A stretch of DNA of 64,000 nucleotides from an uncultured Gemmatimonadales bacterium (GTDB taxonomy: Bacteria; Gemmatimonadota; Gemmatimonadetes; Longimicrobiales; RSA9), in contig CAWCRS010000007.1 in the NCBI GenBank assembly GCA_963798085.1, positions 1,280,001 through 1,344,000 on the forward strand. Reading direction: 5' to 3'. The notes under the pieces are model-generated. The model saw only the letters and a program-made list of their open reading frames with translations. It did not search any database and was not told where the DNA came from. A program made the translations under genes and the position numbers. This document shows, in pieces, positions 1 through 10,628 of this stretch (position 1 is its first letter; every line of letters starts with the position of its first letter).

Positions 1-2
1 TG

Positions 3-3000
3 CTGTGGGCGCGGCGGCTGGACCCGGCTCTGCTGGCGATGGGCGCGGTGGTCACGCTGATAACCGCGCTGTTGACGTGGAGGGCGAGGCGCGAACCCGC
101 GGCGCGGTGGCTGTGGGCCGCGCTGGCGGCGCTGCTCGCGGTGCTCGCGGTGGGCGCATGGGCGCAGAGTGCCTTCCATCGTATCGAGTTCGAGTGGGAC
201 CAGGTAGCCGCCGAGCGCGACCAGCGCTTGTCCGCCGTGCTGGGCCGTTCGATGGCAGCGTTGACCGAGCGCGGCCGGCGCGCCGCCGAGCTGGCCGCTC
301 AGCCCGCGCCCAGCGACTCGCTGCTGTTCGCGCGACTGGCAGAAGCAAGAGAACGCGCGGGAGTGGACGCGCTGATGGTCTTCGGTCCCGACGGTGCGCT
401 GATCGCCTGGGCCGGCGACCACCGCGGCAGAATCCCTGATGCGATCCGTTCCACACCGGGCGAAGCCTATTTCGCCGAGCGTCCGCTGTACAGCTACCTG
501 TACTTCACGGCGCCCGTCAAGGGCAGCGACCGGCACGCGGTGGCCGCCGTCCTCGTGGAGACGGGCGCACCATTGCGCTCGGGCGCGCCCACACTGAACA
601 CGACCTTTGCAGCACGCACCAACGTGCCCGCGGTGTTCCGCCCGGGTGCAGGCAGCGGCGCGGGCATCGCGTGGCGCCTCGTCACGCAGGGTGACACCGT
701 AGTGTACGCCCGCCTCGATCCCGTGACGCAGGCGCAGGAGCGCGCCCGCGTCGAGCTGCAGGCAAGGCGAGGCGCGGTAGCGGCGGCGTTCCTCGCGCTG
801 CTGCTCGCCTGGATCGGCTGGCTGCGCCGCACGGAAGCGGCCGGGGCGCGCCGCCTCTCGAGTGCGGCGCCGCTCGTCGTGGCCGCCATTGGTTCCGCCA
901 TCGCGCCCATGGGTGCCGTGCTGGGCATGGAGGATCGCGCCGCCGCGCTCGCGTTCCTGCTGCCGGTGCCAGGCGTCTCACTGGGCGATCTGCTGGCCGT
1001 CATCATCGCGGGCGCGGCGCTTGGCGCAACCCTGCGTGCGCCGCGCGCGGATCGCCGAACCTGGCCCATCGCGCTGGTCCTGGTCTCCGCCGGACTCAGC
1101 GCGCTCTACGCACTCACGCTGCAGGCGGTGATCGCAGCCACCGCGCCGTCGTTCCAGGAAAACGGTTCGGCGCTCTGGCTGGGACTGCAGATCGCGGCGA
1201 CGCTGCTGCTCACACTTTTCACCGCCACGCTCATGCCTCGCCGGCGGGAAGCTCAAGTCGATGACGATGGCAGGGTACGCATCGGCTGGCTGGTGGCTTC
1301 GCTGGCACTGGGCGCCGCGCTGGGCGCCGCCGTGCAGGCGCACACCTATGCGCAGCGCGCAGCGGCACCGGTGCTGGCCGCGCTCTGGGTCGCTCCACTG
1401 GTGCTTCTGGCCGTGGCGACGGCGGACGCGCGCGGGCCGGGCCAGCGACTCACGCGCTGGGTCGCCGCGGGCGCGCTCGCCGCCACGGCGGTGCTGCCGC
1501 AGCTGTGGGGCGCGAACGTGAACGCTCGGTTGCGCGCGGCAGAGCACGAGCTGGACACGTTCGGTCAGGACCCGCCCACGGTGGTGAATTTCATGCTGGA
1601 ACGCTTCAGCCGCGAAGCGCTGGCCCGTTCCGCCGCGGGCGAGGACGGGCTGCAGCTGCTGTATCGCAGCTGGGTGGCGAGCGGACTCGCGCAGGAGCCG
1701 TACGGCGTGCGCATCACGCTGTGGCGAGGCCAGCGCGTGCAGCAGGAGTTGAGCCTGGGCGGAGCCGAGGGCTCGGACAGCACCAACGCGCTGATGCGCC
1801 AGCTGATCGCAGAGACATCTCGACTCGACGGCCCGCGCGCCAACAGCATTCCCGGATTTCCCACGGCCAGCTCACTGCTCACCGTGCCGCTGGATTCCGA
1901 ACGCGTCATTTCGGTCAGCGTTGAACCTCGTCGCACACTGCAGCGCACCGGCATTGTCGCGTCCTTCTTCGGGCGCACGACGGACGGCAGTGCGAGCGTG
2001 GCGCTGGTGTCCGCGCCGGACGTGAAATCGGCTGGCGAAACACGCTGGCTCATGAGCGCGGACGGCTGGCGCAGCGAGGCCAAGAAGAAGTATCCGGACG
2101 GCTGGTATCACGCGCACATGGAAGTGCGCTTCGCGCGGCTCGACATGAGACTGGCGCGGGCGACACTGCTCGTCACGCTCGACGTCGCGCTGCTGGCGCT
2201 GCTGTGGCTTCTGGGCCACGTGGCGCGCGGCCTGCCGGTCGTCGATGGCGGCGCACTGCGCAACTGGCTGAGCAGCTTCCGCGCGCGCATCACGTTCGCG
2301 CTCTTTCTCTTCTTCCTGGTGCCCACAGTCGTGTTCGGCCTGGTTGCGTACCGCGGCATCTCGGCGGTCGTGGTGGAGGCGGCGGGCACGGTTGCGGATC
2401 GCGCCGCACGCCAGGCCGTGCTCGAAATGCTGCAATCCAACCGCAACCTGCGGGAGTTGTCCGTACACGCGGGCGCCGATGTGCTGCGTTATCTGGGCGG
2501 CGAGCTGATCGACGCCTCGTCACCCGAAGGCATGGAGCTGGGAATCTACGGGGCCTGGCTGCCGCCGGCCGGTTATCGCGCGCTGGAGAGCAACGAAGAA
2601 ACGTCGGTGCGCGAGATCACACATCTCGAGCGACAGTCGTTCCTCACCGCGTACCATTCCATGCGGCCCTCGGGCACGCTGGGGGTGCCGGTGGCACTGT
2701 CGGTGGGCGACACGGCCACGCGCCAGCGCGATGTGCGGGATCTTACGCTGCTGGCGGCCGTGCTCGGCCTGCTGCTATCAGCAGTGTTATCAGTGGCCGT
2801 GGGCAGGCAGCTGGCGGGACCTATTGGCCAGCTGCGGCGCGCGGCGGCGGCGGTGGGCGCGGGTCGCCTCAGCGTGCGCCTGCCGGAGCCGGGGGGCGAG
2901 TTCGGTCTGCTCTTCGCCTCCTTCAACCGCATGGTGCGGCGGCTGCGCCGGGCGCGCGTGCAGGAAGTACGCACCGCCCGCGTGCTGGCGTGGGGTGAGA

Positions 3001-3692
3001 TGGCGCAGCAGATCGCGCACGAGATCAAGAATCCGCTGACACCCATCAAACTGGCGGTGCAGCATCTGCGCCGTGCCTACGGGGACCGCCGCTCCGATTT
3101 TGGCGAAATCCTGGACGAGAACGTCGACAACGTGCTCACCGAGATCGGCCGGCTGACCGAGATTGCGCGCGCCTTTTCGCGCTACGGCGCGCCCACGCCG
3201 CAGGCCGGGCCGCTGCGCCACGTGGATGTGGGCGCCGTGGTGCATGAGACGCTCACGCTGTACCGCGCCGGCGACTCGGCTGTGCACTGGGACGAGGAGC
3301 TGGATCCGGGGCTGCCGCCCGGCCGGGCGCGCGCCGGCGAGCTGCGTGAAGTGCTCATGAATCTGCTGGAGAATGCGCGCGATGCGGTGGGCGCGGATGG
3401 CAACGTCACGGTGTCCGCACAGCGCGTGGATGGGCGCATCGAACTGCATGTGGCCGATGACGGGCCGGGCATTCCGGCCGAGCTGCTGCCGCGCATCTTC
3501 GATCCGCACTTCTCCACGCGCTCCAGCGGTACCGGCCTGGGCCTCGCCATTGTCAGGCGACTGGTGGAGAGCTGGGGCGGCAGTGTGAGCGTGGACAGCC
3601 GGCCGGGTGAAGGCACGCGCTTCACCGTGCGCATTGCGGCCAGCGACGACGCCGCTGCAACGCACCACGGCGAGAGGCCGGACGCGCACTGA
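3..3692 (+). CDS. Multi-TM sensor histidine kinase (HAMP-HisKA-HATPase), NtrY-like; probably 5'-truncated by the window edge
   Basis: ORF 39..3692; the frame is open back to position 3. H-box WGEMAQQIAHEIKNPLTPI, N-box VLMNLLENARDA, G-boxes DDGPGI and FSTRSSGTGLGLAIV. HAMP-like segment PIGQLRRAAAAVGAGRL..GEFGLLFASFNRM. Many hydrophobic segments. Confidence 0.9.
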   Translation: MWARRLDPALLAMGAVVTLITALLTWRARREPAARWLWAALAALLAVLAVGAWAQSAFHRIEFEWDQVAAERDQRLSAVLGRSMAALTERGRRAAELAAQPAPSDSLLFARLAEARERAGVDALMVFGPDGALIAWAGDHRGRIPDAIRSTPGEAYFAERPLYSYLYFTAPVKGSDRHAVAAVLVETGAPLRSGAPTLNTTFAARTNVPAVFRPGAGSGAGIAWRLVTQGDTVVYARLDPVTQAQERARVELQARRGAVAAAFLALLLAWIGWLRRTEAAGARRLSSAAPLVVAAIGSAIAPMGAVLGMEDRAAALAFLLPVPGVSLGDLLAVIIAGAALGATLRAPRADRRTWPIALVLVSAGLSALYALTLQAVIAATAPSFQENGSALWLGLQIAATLLLTLFTATLMPRRREAQVDDDGRVRIGWLVASLALGAALGAAVQAHTYAQRAAAPVLAALWVAPLVLLAVATADARGPGQRLTRWVAAGALAATAVLPQLWGANVNARLRAAEHELDTFGQDPPTVVNFMLERFSREALARSAAGEDGLQLLYRSWVASGLAQEPYGVRITLWRGQRVQQELSLGGAEGSDSTNALMRQLIAETSRLDGPRANSIPGFPTASSLLTVPLDSERVISVSVEPRRTLQRTGIVASFFGRTTDGSASVALVSAPDVKSAGETRWLMSADGWRSEAKKKYPDGWYHAHMEVRFARLDMRLARATLLVTLDVALLALLWLLGHVARGLPVVDGGALRNWLSSFRARITFALFLFFLVPTVVFGLVAYRGISAVVVEAAGTVADRAARQAVLEMLQSNRNLRELSVHAGADVLRYLGGELIDASSPEGMELGIYGAWLPPAGYRALESNEETSVREITHLERQSFLTAYHSMRPSGTLGVPVALSVGDTATRQRDVRDLTLLAAVLGLLLSAVLSVAVGRQLAGPIGQLRRAAAAVGAGRLSVRLPEPGGEFGLLFASFNRMVRRLRRARVQEVRTARVLAWGEMAQQIAHEIKNPLTPIKLAVQHLRRAYGDRRSDFGEILDENVDNVLTEIGRLTEIARAFSRYGAPTPQAGPLRHVDVGAVVHETLTLYRAGDSAVHWDEELDPGLPPGRARAGELREVLMNLLENARDAVGADGNVTVSAQRVDGRIELHVADDGPGIPAELLPRIFDPHFSTRSSGTGLGLAIVRRLVESWGGSVSVDSRPGEGTRFTVRIAASDDAAATHHGERPDAH

Positions 3693-3779
3693 ACGCGGAC
3701 GGCGCGCCGGGAACCCGACGCGCCATCGTCGCCTGCATTCTGACCGGCTGTTAGTGAGGCAGCGCCGGGCGCAACCCGC

Positions 3780-5271
3780 TCAGCGCATGCGGTAGTTGAA
3801 AATGGTGGGCGCGGCGTCCGGGCCGACATTGAGGACCACCACCGACACGATCTGGCCGGGCTTCAAGCCATCGGCGATCTTCTCCACATCCTTGACGGAG
3901 TGCACGTCCTGCCCGTTGATGGACACCAGCACGATGTTAGGACCCGAGGGCAGCTGTGCCTCGTAGGCCGGGCCGAAGGGGTCGACCGCCGAGATGGCGA
4001 GGGTGGCCTCGGTCTCCAGGCCGACCTTGACCGCGGCATCGCGCGGCGCAGGCAGCACGGAGAAGCCCATGCGCTCCACGCCGCTTACCTTCGGCGGGGA
4101 AGCGGCCGCGACTTTCTTGGCACCGGATTCGAACTCTTCGGTAAGCGTGATCGTCTTCTCGAGGGACTGACCGTAGCGGATGATGCCGAGGCGGATCTTG
4201 TCGCCCGTCTTGAGCCGGGCCACGTGATCCTGCAGCTCGGTGACACCGCCAATGGCCTGGCCATTCAACGCGACCACGACATCGCCCATGTGCAGGCCGG
4301 CCTTGTCGGCCGACATCCCCGGTGACACGGAAGAGATTTCGGCGCCCGAGATGCTGGGCAGCTTGTACAACTCCGCATCTGCCGAATTCACGTCCTGGAT
4401 GCTGACTCCGAGTCGCGGCCGGTGCACGGCGCCGTACTGGATCAGGTCATCCGCGACCTTGCGCGCCAGGTTGATGGGAATGGCGAATCCGGCGCCGCTG
4501 AAGAAACCGGTGGTGGTCTCAATGGCGCCGTTCACGCCCACGACGCGACCCAGCAGATCCACGAGAGGCCCGCCCGAATTGCCGGGATTGATGGCGGCAT
4601 CGGTCTGGATGAAGGCTTCCAGCGAATTCTGGCTGGCGCTGGTGCGCAGGATGTTGAGGTTGCGCCCCTTGGCGCTGACGATGCCGGCCGTGACCGTGAA
4701 ATTGAGATCGAGCGGATTGCCCAGCGCCAGCACCCAGTCGCCCACGCGCAGCGAGTCCGAGTCGCCGAACGAGATGGGATCCAGCGTGCCCAAGCGCGAT
4801 GGGTCGACGCGGATCACGCCGATATCGGTGTTAGGATCGGAAGCGACGACCTGCGCTTCGTACTCCCGGCCATTCGGAGAGCACCACCGAGACGCGCTCG
4901 GCGCCGGCAATCACGTGATCGTTGGTCATGATGTGGCCATCGCGATCCATCACGAAGCCGGAACCGGTACCGCGCGTGCGTCGCTCGGGATCGACGGGAT
5001 GGTTCGGCGGCAGGCCACGCATGCGGCTGTCCATGCGCGCGGTCACGCTCACACGCACGACGGACGAGAGCGCGCGCGCAGCCGCGGCGCGGAAGGCATT
5101 GGACAACGCAAAGGCGGTCGCGGTGTCCACGGGCAGCGGGCTCTGCACCTGGCGCGCATCCATGCGCGTCGGGCGTGTCTGCGCCGAAGCCGAGTCGCCA
5201 TCACTGCAGGCGACGAAACCGATCACCAGCGTGGCGATGAGCGCCGCACGCGTCGAATTCCTGCGGACCAT
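3780..5271 (-). CDS. degP: HtrA/DegP-family serine protease with two PDZ domains (one frameshift near 4875)
   Basis: ORF 4831..5271 has a signal/lipoprotein-like N-terminus and [20 protein letters not shown] (catalytic His). ORF 3780..4910 continues with DPNTDIGVI (Asp), [14 protein letters not shown] (Ser) and the PDZ segments. Confidence 0.9.
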
Positions 5272-5753
5272 GTTGTTCTCCTCGATGCGATCGACGGCTG
5301 CGGCCCGATGGGGCCCATGCGTCTGATCCTGTCTCTGCTGCGGCGCGCCCGCGCACGGCAGGCGTACGGCTCAACGATACGCGCACGACCGCGTTTCCCG
5401 TAACCCCCGCCGGTGCAGAAGCCGGTTCGGACGGGGCGATTCGTGCCGCAGCCGGCAGCCCCGTGCCCAGGCGCTCTGCCTGCGCCCGCAATGTCGCGCC
5501 TCCCACTCCAGCACTCGCCCTGCGGACCACCCGCCGGATCGCGCTGCCAGCGATGGAACGCCAAACCCTGATATCAGACTCGACCGCCGCACCCCCGCGC
5601 AGCACACATCGGCGCGACGAAGCATTCCCTCGCCCCGGGCAGAACGGCACACTGACCACGCCGCTAGCCCTCGGGTGCGCGCCGGGAGAGAGCCTGCGCG
5701 CTTGCGGGCTGCGGCAATGACCGGCGCAACGGAAGAGCAGTGGAGGGAGCGAC

Positions 5754-7298
5754 GTGCTGGCGCAGGTCCTGAGCGGTTCGGTGCTGGGCGTGGACGCGTT
5801 TCTGGTGCGCGTCGAGGTGGACCTCGCCGCGGGTCTCCCTTCCATGACTGTCGTGGGATTGCCGGAGAGTTCCGTCCGCGAGGGACGGGAGCGCGTGACC
5901 GCGGCCCTCAGCAACGCGGGCTTCCCGATTCCGCCGAAGAGGATCACGGTCAATCTCGCCCCTGCCGACGTGCGGAAGGACGGGAGCGCGTTCGATCTGC
6001 CCCTGGCCGTGACCCTGCTGGCCGCCACGGGCCTGCTCCCCGCCGCGAGCCTGGCCGGGCTGTGCCTGGTGGGCGAGCTGGGTCTGGACGGTGAGGTGCG
6101 CCCGGTGCGGGGCGCGCTTCCGCTGGCGGTCTGCTGTCGTGACGCGGGCGTGCGCGCGCTGGTCGTGCCCGCGGCCAACGCGCGCGAGGCGGCGCTGGTG
6201 CGCGGCCTGTGCGTGCTGCGCGCCGCCAGCATTGCACAAGTGGTGGCGCACCTGCGTGGTAATGCAGTGTTAGAGGAGGCAGGCGACGATGGGCCGGTCA
6301 CGTCTGCCGCGCCGCCGGAGAGTGTTCTCGATTACGCCGATGTGAAGGGCCAGGAACACGCCAAGCGGGCGCTCGAGATCGCGGCCGCGGGGCAGCACAA
6401 CGTGCTGCTCGTGGGGCCGCCCGGCTCGGGCAAGTCGATGCTGGCGAGGCGGCTCTCCAGCATCCTGCCGCCCCTGACGCGCGAGGAAGCCATCGAAGTC
6501 ACCAAGGTGTACTCGGTCGCAGGGCGGCTGCGGGCCGGGCAGGGGCTGGTGACCACGCGACCCTTCCGCGCGCCACACCACACGGTATCGGATGCCGGGC
6601 TGGTGGGTGGTGGCGCGCTGCCCCGGCCGGGCGAGGCGTCGCTGGCGCACCACGGTGTGCTGTTCCTGGACGAGCTGCCGGAATTCCGGCGACACGTGCT
6701 GGAAGCGATGCGCCAGCCCATCGAGGAGGGCTCGGTGAGCCTGGGTCGCGCACGCCACGCCATCACCTATCCCGCGCGCTTCATGCTCGTGGCGGCAATG
6801 AACCCGTGCCCCTGTGGCTTCTACGGCGGGGCGGCGGCGCAGTGCATCTGCCACGCGGGCGCGATCCAGCGCTATCGCGCGCGCCTTTCGGGACCGCTGC
6901 TGGATCGCATCGATCTGCACGTGGAAGTGCCGGCACTGCGCGAGAAACAGCTGACGGATGAGCGGCGGGGCGAAACGAGCGCGACCATGCGGGCGCGTGT
7001 GGTCGAGGCGAGAGCCCGGCAGCTGACGCGCTTCCGCGAACGGCCCGGCATCTTCGCTAACGCGCAGATGGGACCGCAGGAGATCCGCCTGCACTGCGCG
7101 ATCGATACAGCCAGCGAGGCGCTGCTGCACGCAGCAATACGCAAACTCGGTCTCTCGGCGCGCGCCTATCACCGCGTGCTGCGGCTGGCGCGCACCATTG
7201 CGGATCTGCAGGGCGAAGCGGCGCTCACAGCGGCACACCTGGCGGAGGCGATACAGTACCGGTCGCTGGACCGGCGCGGGTCGGGCGTGCCGGCATAG
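5754..7298 (+). CDS. comM: YifB/ComM-family Mg-chelatase-like AAA+ ATPase
   Basis: ITVNLAPADVRKDGSAFDLP, Walker A GPPGSGKS, PFRAPHHTVS, GVLFLDELPEF, AAMNPCPCG, LSGPLLDRID, LSARAYHRVLRLARTIADL. Confidence 0.93.
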   Translation: MLAQVLSGSVLGVDAFLVRVEVDLAAGLPSMTVVGLPESSVREGRERVTAALSNAGFPIPPKRITVNLAPADVRKDGSAFDLPLAVTLLAATGLLPAASLAGLCLVGELGLDGEVRPVRGALPLAVCCRDAGVRALVVPAANAREAALVRGLCVLRAASIAQVVAHLRGNAVLEEAGDDGPVTSAAPPESVLDYADVKGQEHAKRALEIAAAGQHNVLLVGPPGSGKSMLARRLSSILPPLTREEAIEVTKVYSVAGRLRAGQGLVTTRPFRAPHHTVSDAGLVGGGALPRPGEASLAHHGVLFLDELPEFRRHVLEAMRQPIEEGSVSLGRARHAITYPARFMLVAAMNPCPCGFYGGAAAQCICHAGAIQRYRARLSGPLLDRIDLHVEVPALREKQLTDERRGETSATMRARVVEARARQLTRFRERPGIFANAQMGPQEIRLHCAIDTASEALLHAAIRKLGLSARAYHRVLRLARTIADLQGEAALTAAHLAEAIQYRSLDRRGSGVPA

Positions 7299-7392
7299 CA
7301 GGCGGCGGACGCGCCTGCAACGGGCGCAACGCCGCGGGTACGGTTGGCCAGGCGACGACACCAGCGACGATTCCACCCTCGTACCGGCTCAG

Positions 7393-7506
7393 CTGGCCGA
7401 CTGGCAGCAATTTCCCGACGACGGACGCGCGTACGAGATCATCGATGAACAGCTTTTCGTGTCGCCGGCGCCGACCATCCGACACCAGCGCATCTCGCGA
7501 CCGTTG
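7393..7506 (+). pseudogene. Fragment resembling the N-terminus of a Uma2 (DUF820) family endonuclease
   Basis: Translates LADWQQFPDDGRAYEIIDEQLFVSPAPTIRHQRISRPL, like the Uma2 N-terminal pattern PDDG.RYE.IDG.L.V.PAP...HQ. No obvious start codon and no downstream PD-(D/E)xK core. Confidence 0.6.
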
Positions 7507-7631
7507 CGGGCCTGCGGCGCGTCGGGCGGGGTGGCGCAATCACGTCCCCCTGTTCCCATAGGCAGCGCGCAACGCATGCAGGGTGGTTCGTGTCCGACGT
7601 TGCAGCGAACCCGGACGAGCACGAGGTGGGC

Positions 7632-8707
7632 ATGCGCTGGTACAGGGCGGCTGTGGCGATTGTGTGCGGCGCACTGCCGGCGGCGCCAGCTCGGGCGCAG
7701 ACAGCGCCAACGGCGCCGCAGCTGCAGAAACTGACGCGCTTCGGCTGCGCAACCGCGCAGGACCGGAGCAGTTCGCGTCCATTACGGATGTGGGCATAAC
7801 GGGCGATGGCCGCATCTGGGTGCTCGATGGCGCGGCACCGCACGTGCGCGTGTTCGACGCAGGGGGCAGGTCGGTGCGCGCGTTTGGTCGGGATGGCCGC
7901 GGACCGGACGAATTCGTGGCGCCCGAGTCCCTCGGCGTGTTGCGCAATGGCGGCGTGGAAATACTGGACGTGCGCACCATGCGCCGCACGCTGATCGACT
8001 CGGCCGGTCACAGCACAGGCGACGCGCCGCTGACGGATTTCCCCATCCATGTCGGAACCGCTCTCGACGACGGTCTGACGATCCTGGCCACGACGGACTT
8101 CCGCTCACCCACGCTCGCGGTGAAACGCTGGCCGGCCGGCGGAGCGATGCAGGGGCTGCTGCGCTTCACACCGGACTTCCCGCGCTCCGAAAAGGATGCG
8201 CCCTCGCAGTTCGTGGCCCTGGCAAGTGCGCCCAACGGCACGTTTGCGGTGGGCGATGGCACGGGCACATACCACATTCGCATCTACGATCGCGATGGCA
8301 AACCGGTACGCGACATCGAGCGCAGGATCCAGCGCGTGAGACGTACGAAGGCGGAAATCGACGCGGAGCAGCAGCGTCGCGATCGCATGAGCTCACGGAT
8401 GGCGCAGATGGCCAGGGCGGAAGGCGCGCGCGCACGCCCCGCGCTGCCGCCCGTTCCGGAACTGAAGACGCATTTCCTCGTTGACGCGCTGCGCTACGAT
8501 GCGCAGGGTCGTCTCTGGGTGCGCACCGAGCGCGGCGGCATGCACGAGACCCTCTTCAATGTGTTCGACGCCGGCGGCAGATTCCTGGGCGAGACGCGCA
8601 TCCCCGAGCGCATGGGCAGCTACGCGATCGGCAACGGACTGCTCGCAGGCGTGGTGTGGGATGAGAGTGATGTCGAGTACATCGGGGTCTATCGGGTTGG
8701 TGGGTGA
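7632..8707 (+). CDS. Secreted 6-bladed beta-propeller (NHL-like) protein; one frameshift near 7752
   Basis: ATG 7632 gives signal peptide MRWYRAAVAIVCGALPAAPARA-Q. Shifting frame near 7752 joins it to GPEQFASITDVGITGDGRIWVLD..VRVFDAGGR..FGRDGRGPDEF, with repeated blades (RIYDRDGK, DAQGRLWV, VFDAGGRFLG). Confidence 0.75.
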
Positions 8708-8724
8708 GAGTACCGGATCGCCGA

Positions 8725-8893
8725 TGCTGGGGCCGGGGCTTGGGCTGGTTGCTGGGCAACGGATACGGCAGGGCCTGCTGACGTGCGCAGGCGCGGTCCG
8801 CGTACCTCGTTGCGCGGCCGCCGTGGCTCCTTGCCTGAGCAGATCGACGGCATTCCGTCCCTCCCATGTTGAGTATCCGTCCTCGCAACCTCC
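8725..8893. repeat. Decayed copy of a dispersed palindromic repeat family (see also 35348 and 49685)
   Basis: 8742-8764 GGGCTGGTTGCTGGGCAACGGAT matches 35373-35395 at 21/23 nt. A partial inverted partner GTATCCGTCCTCGCAACC lies at 8873-8890. Confidence 0.55.
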
Positions 8894-9074
8894 GAACCAC
8901 CGTACCCGCCGTGTGCTGCTGCCGTGAATTCGTCTGCGTCACCCCGCGAGTCCGCTGGCCACGCGATCACGTGCGCCCGGCGCATCCGTGGATGCGTGTG
9001 TCGCTGGCCTCCGATCCTCTCGCGGTACCTCGGCGTCTTGCGCGAGCGCCAGCGAGCGCCCCACGATCCCGGGC

Positions 9075-9614
9075 ATGGTGGTGTACACGATCGGCCATTC
9101 GACGCGTACTGCGGCGGAGTTCGTGGCGCTGCTGCGGGAGCATGGGATCCAGCGGCTGGTGGATGTGCGACGCTTTCCGGGGTCGCAGCGCTATCCGCAC
9201 TTCAATCGCGACGCGCTGGCCGGCCTGCTGGCGGACGCGGGCATCGCGTATCGGCACGCGGAGGAGCTGGGCGGGCGGCGTCAGGCGCACGCGGACTCGC
9301 CTAACACGGCGTGGCAGAACGCCGGATTCCGCGGCTACGCCGATTACATGGCGACGCCCGCGTTTGGCGCGGCCATTGCCTCGCTGCTGCGAGAAGCCGC
9401 GCAGGAACGCACGGCAGTCATGTGCGCGGAGGCCGTTCCCTGGCGCTGTCATCGAAATCTGCTGGCAGACGCGCTGCTGACGCAGAACTGCGCCGTCGCC
9501 CACATCCTGGGTCCTGCATTGTCCCAGAACCATGCGTTGAATCCCACGGCGAGAGTGCGTGGCGACGGTAGCCTCTGGTATCCGGACAATGGTGCGCAAC
9601 GCAACCTGCTGTGA
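9075..9614 (+). CDS. DUF488 family protein
   Basis: MVVYTIGHSTR..LVDVRRFPGS.RYPHFN..LGGRR..W.NAGFRGYADYM..MCAEAVPWRCHRNLLAD is the characteristic DUF488 pattern. Confidence 0.88.
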   Translation: MVVYTIGHSTRTAAEFVALLREHGIQRLVDVRRFPGSQRYPHFNRDALAGLLADAGIAYRHAEELGGRRQAHADSPNTAWQNAGFRGYADYMATPAFGAAIASLLREAAQERTAVMCAEAVPWRCHRNLLADALLTQNCAVAHILGPALSQNHALNPTARVRGDGSLWYPDNGAQRNLL

Positions 9615-9707
9615 CACGGCGGGCGTCACAGGAGATTTGGTGGGGCAACGGGCACGCGGCGCGGTTGAACCGGCTGTGCACTGCGGCGTACTAGGAGTGG
9701 CGAAGCG

Positions 9708-10628
9708 GTGCAGGGAACCTCGATTGGAACCAGTGCGGAGCACGGAGTGGACGCAGACACGGGCAACGGTGGTGGGCGGGGCGGGGAGCCGTCGGTCACA
9801 GCAGATGCGGCCCTGCGTCTGGAAACGCTGAAGCAGCTGCTCCGCGCTGCGGGATCGGTGTGCATCGGCTATTCGGGTGGCGTGGACTCTGCGTTCCTCG
9901 CGGCTGTCGCGGTGCAGACTCTGGGCGCAGCGCGCGTGCTCGCGGTCACCGGTCGCAGTGCGGCGTATCCGGACGTGCAGCGCGAGAGCGCGCTGGCGTG
10001 CGCGCGGCAGTTCGGCATTCCGCATCTCGAGATCGAAACAGACGAATTGAACGACCCGCACTACGCGGCCAACCCGACGGACCGGTGCTACTACTGCAAG
10101 ACGGAATTGTGGGGCCGGCTGTCGGTGATTGCACGCGAGCGCGGGCTGGCCGTGGTGATGGACGGCGCGAACGCGGATGATGCGGGCGACTACAGGCCGG
10201 GCGCGCGCGCGGCGAGGGAGCATGGTGTGCGCTCGCCACTGCTGGAGGCAGGGTTGTGCAAGAAGGACATCCGCGCACTGTCTCGTGAGATGGGTCTGCC
10301 GACGTGGGATCAGCCGGCATCGCCGTGCCTGTCCAGCCGTCTGCCGTATGGTGTTGCGGTCACGCCGGAGCGTTTGCGTCAGGTTGAAGAAGCGGAGAGC
10401 TTGCTGCGGCGGCGAGGCTTCCGCGAGTTCCGCGTGCGGCATCATGGCGATGCCGCGCGCATCGAGGTTGCGCCCACGGAGCTGCCACGGGCGTGGGCGC
10501 TGGCGGAGCAGCTGCACGCGGGGCTGCGCACGCTGGGCTTCACACGTGTAGTACTGGATGTGGAAGGCTATCGTCGCGGCGCCCTGAACGAGGCGCTGCC
10601 CCTGGTGCAGATCGGAAACGCATCATGA
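9708..10628 (+). CDS. larE: LarE-family ATP-dependent sulfur transferase (PP-loop)
   Basis: PP-loop YSGGVDS, NPTDRCYYCKTEL, DGANADD..DYRPG, RSPLLEAGL.K.DIR, WDQPASPCLSSRLPYG, FRVRHHGDAARIEV, GF..V.LD..GYR.G.LN. Exact start uncertain. Confidence 0.9.
   Translation: MQGTSIGTSAEHGVDADTGNGGGRGGEPSVTADAALRLETLKQLLRAAGSVCIGYSGGVDSAFLAAVAVQTLGAARVLAVTGRSAAYPDVQRESALACARQFGIPHLEIETDELNDPHYAANPTDRCYYCKTELWGRLSVIARERGLAVVMDGANADDAGDYRPGARAAREHGVRSPLLEAGLCKKDIRALSREMGLPTWDQPASPCLSSRLPYGVAVTPERLRQVEEAESLLRRRGFREFRVRHHGDAARIEVAPTELPRAWALAEQLHAGLRTLGFTRVVLDVEGYRRGALNEALPLVQIGNAS

Noticed and set aside
5670..5735. Nested hairpin upstream of comM (GCGCCGG..AGCCTGC/GCGGGCT..CCGGCGC) as a riboswitch
   Set aside because: Short GC-rich stems are expected by chance, and I recognise no riboswitch consensus.
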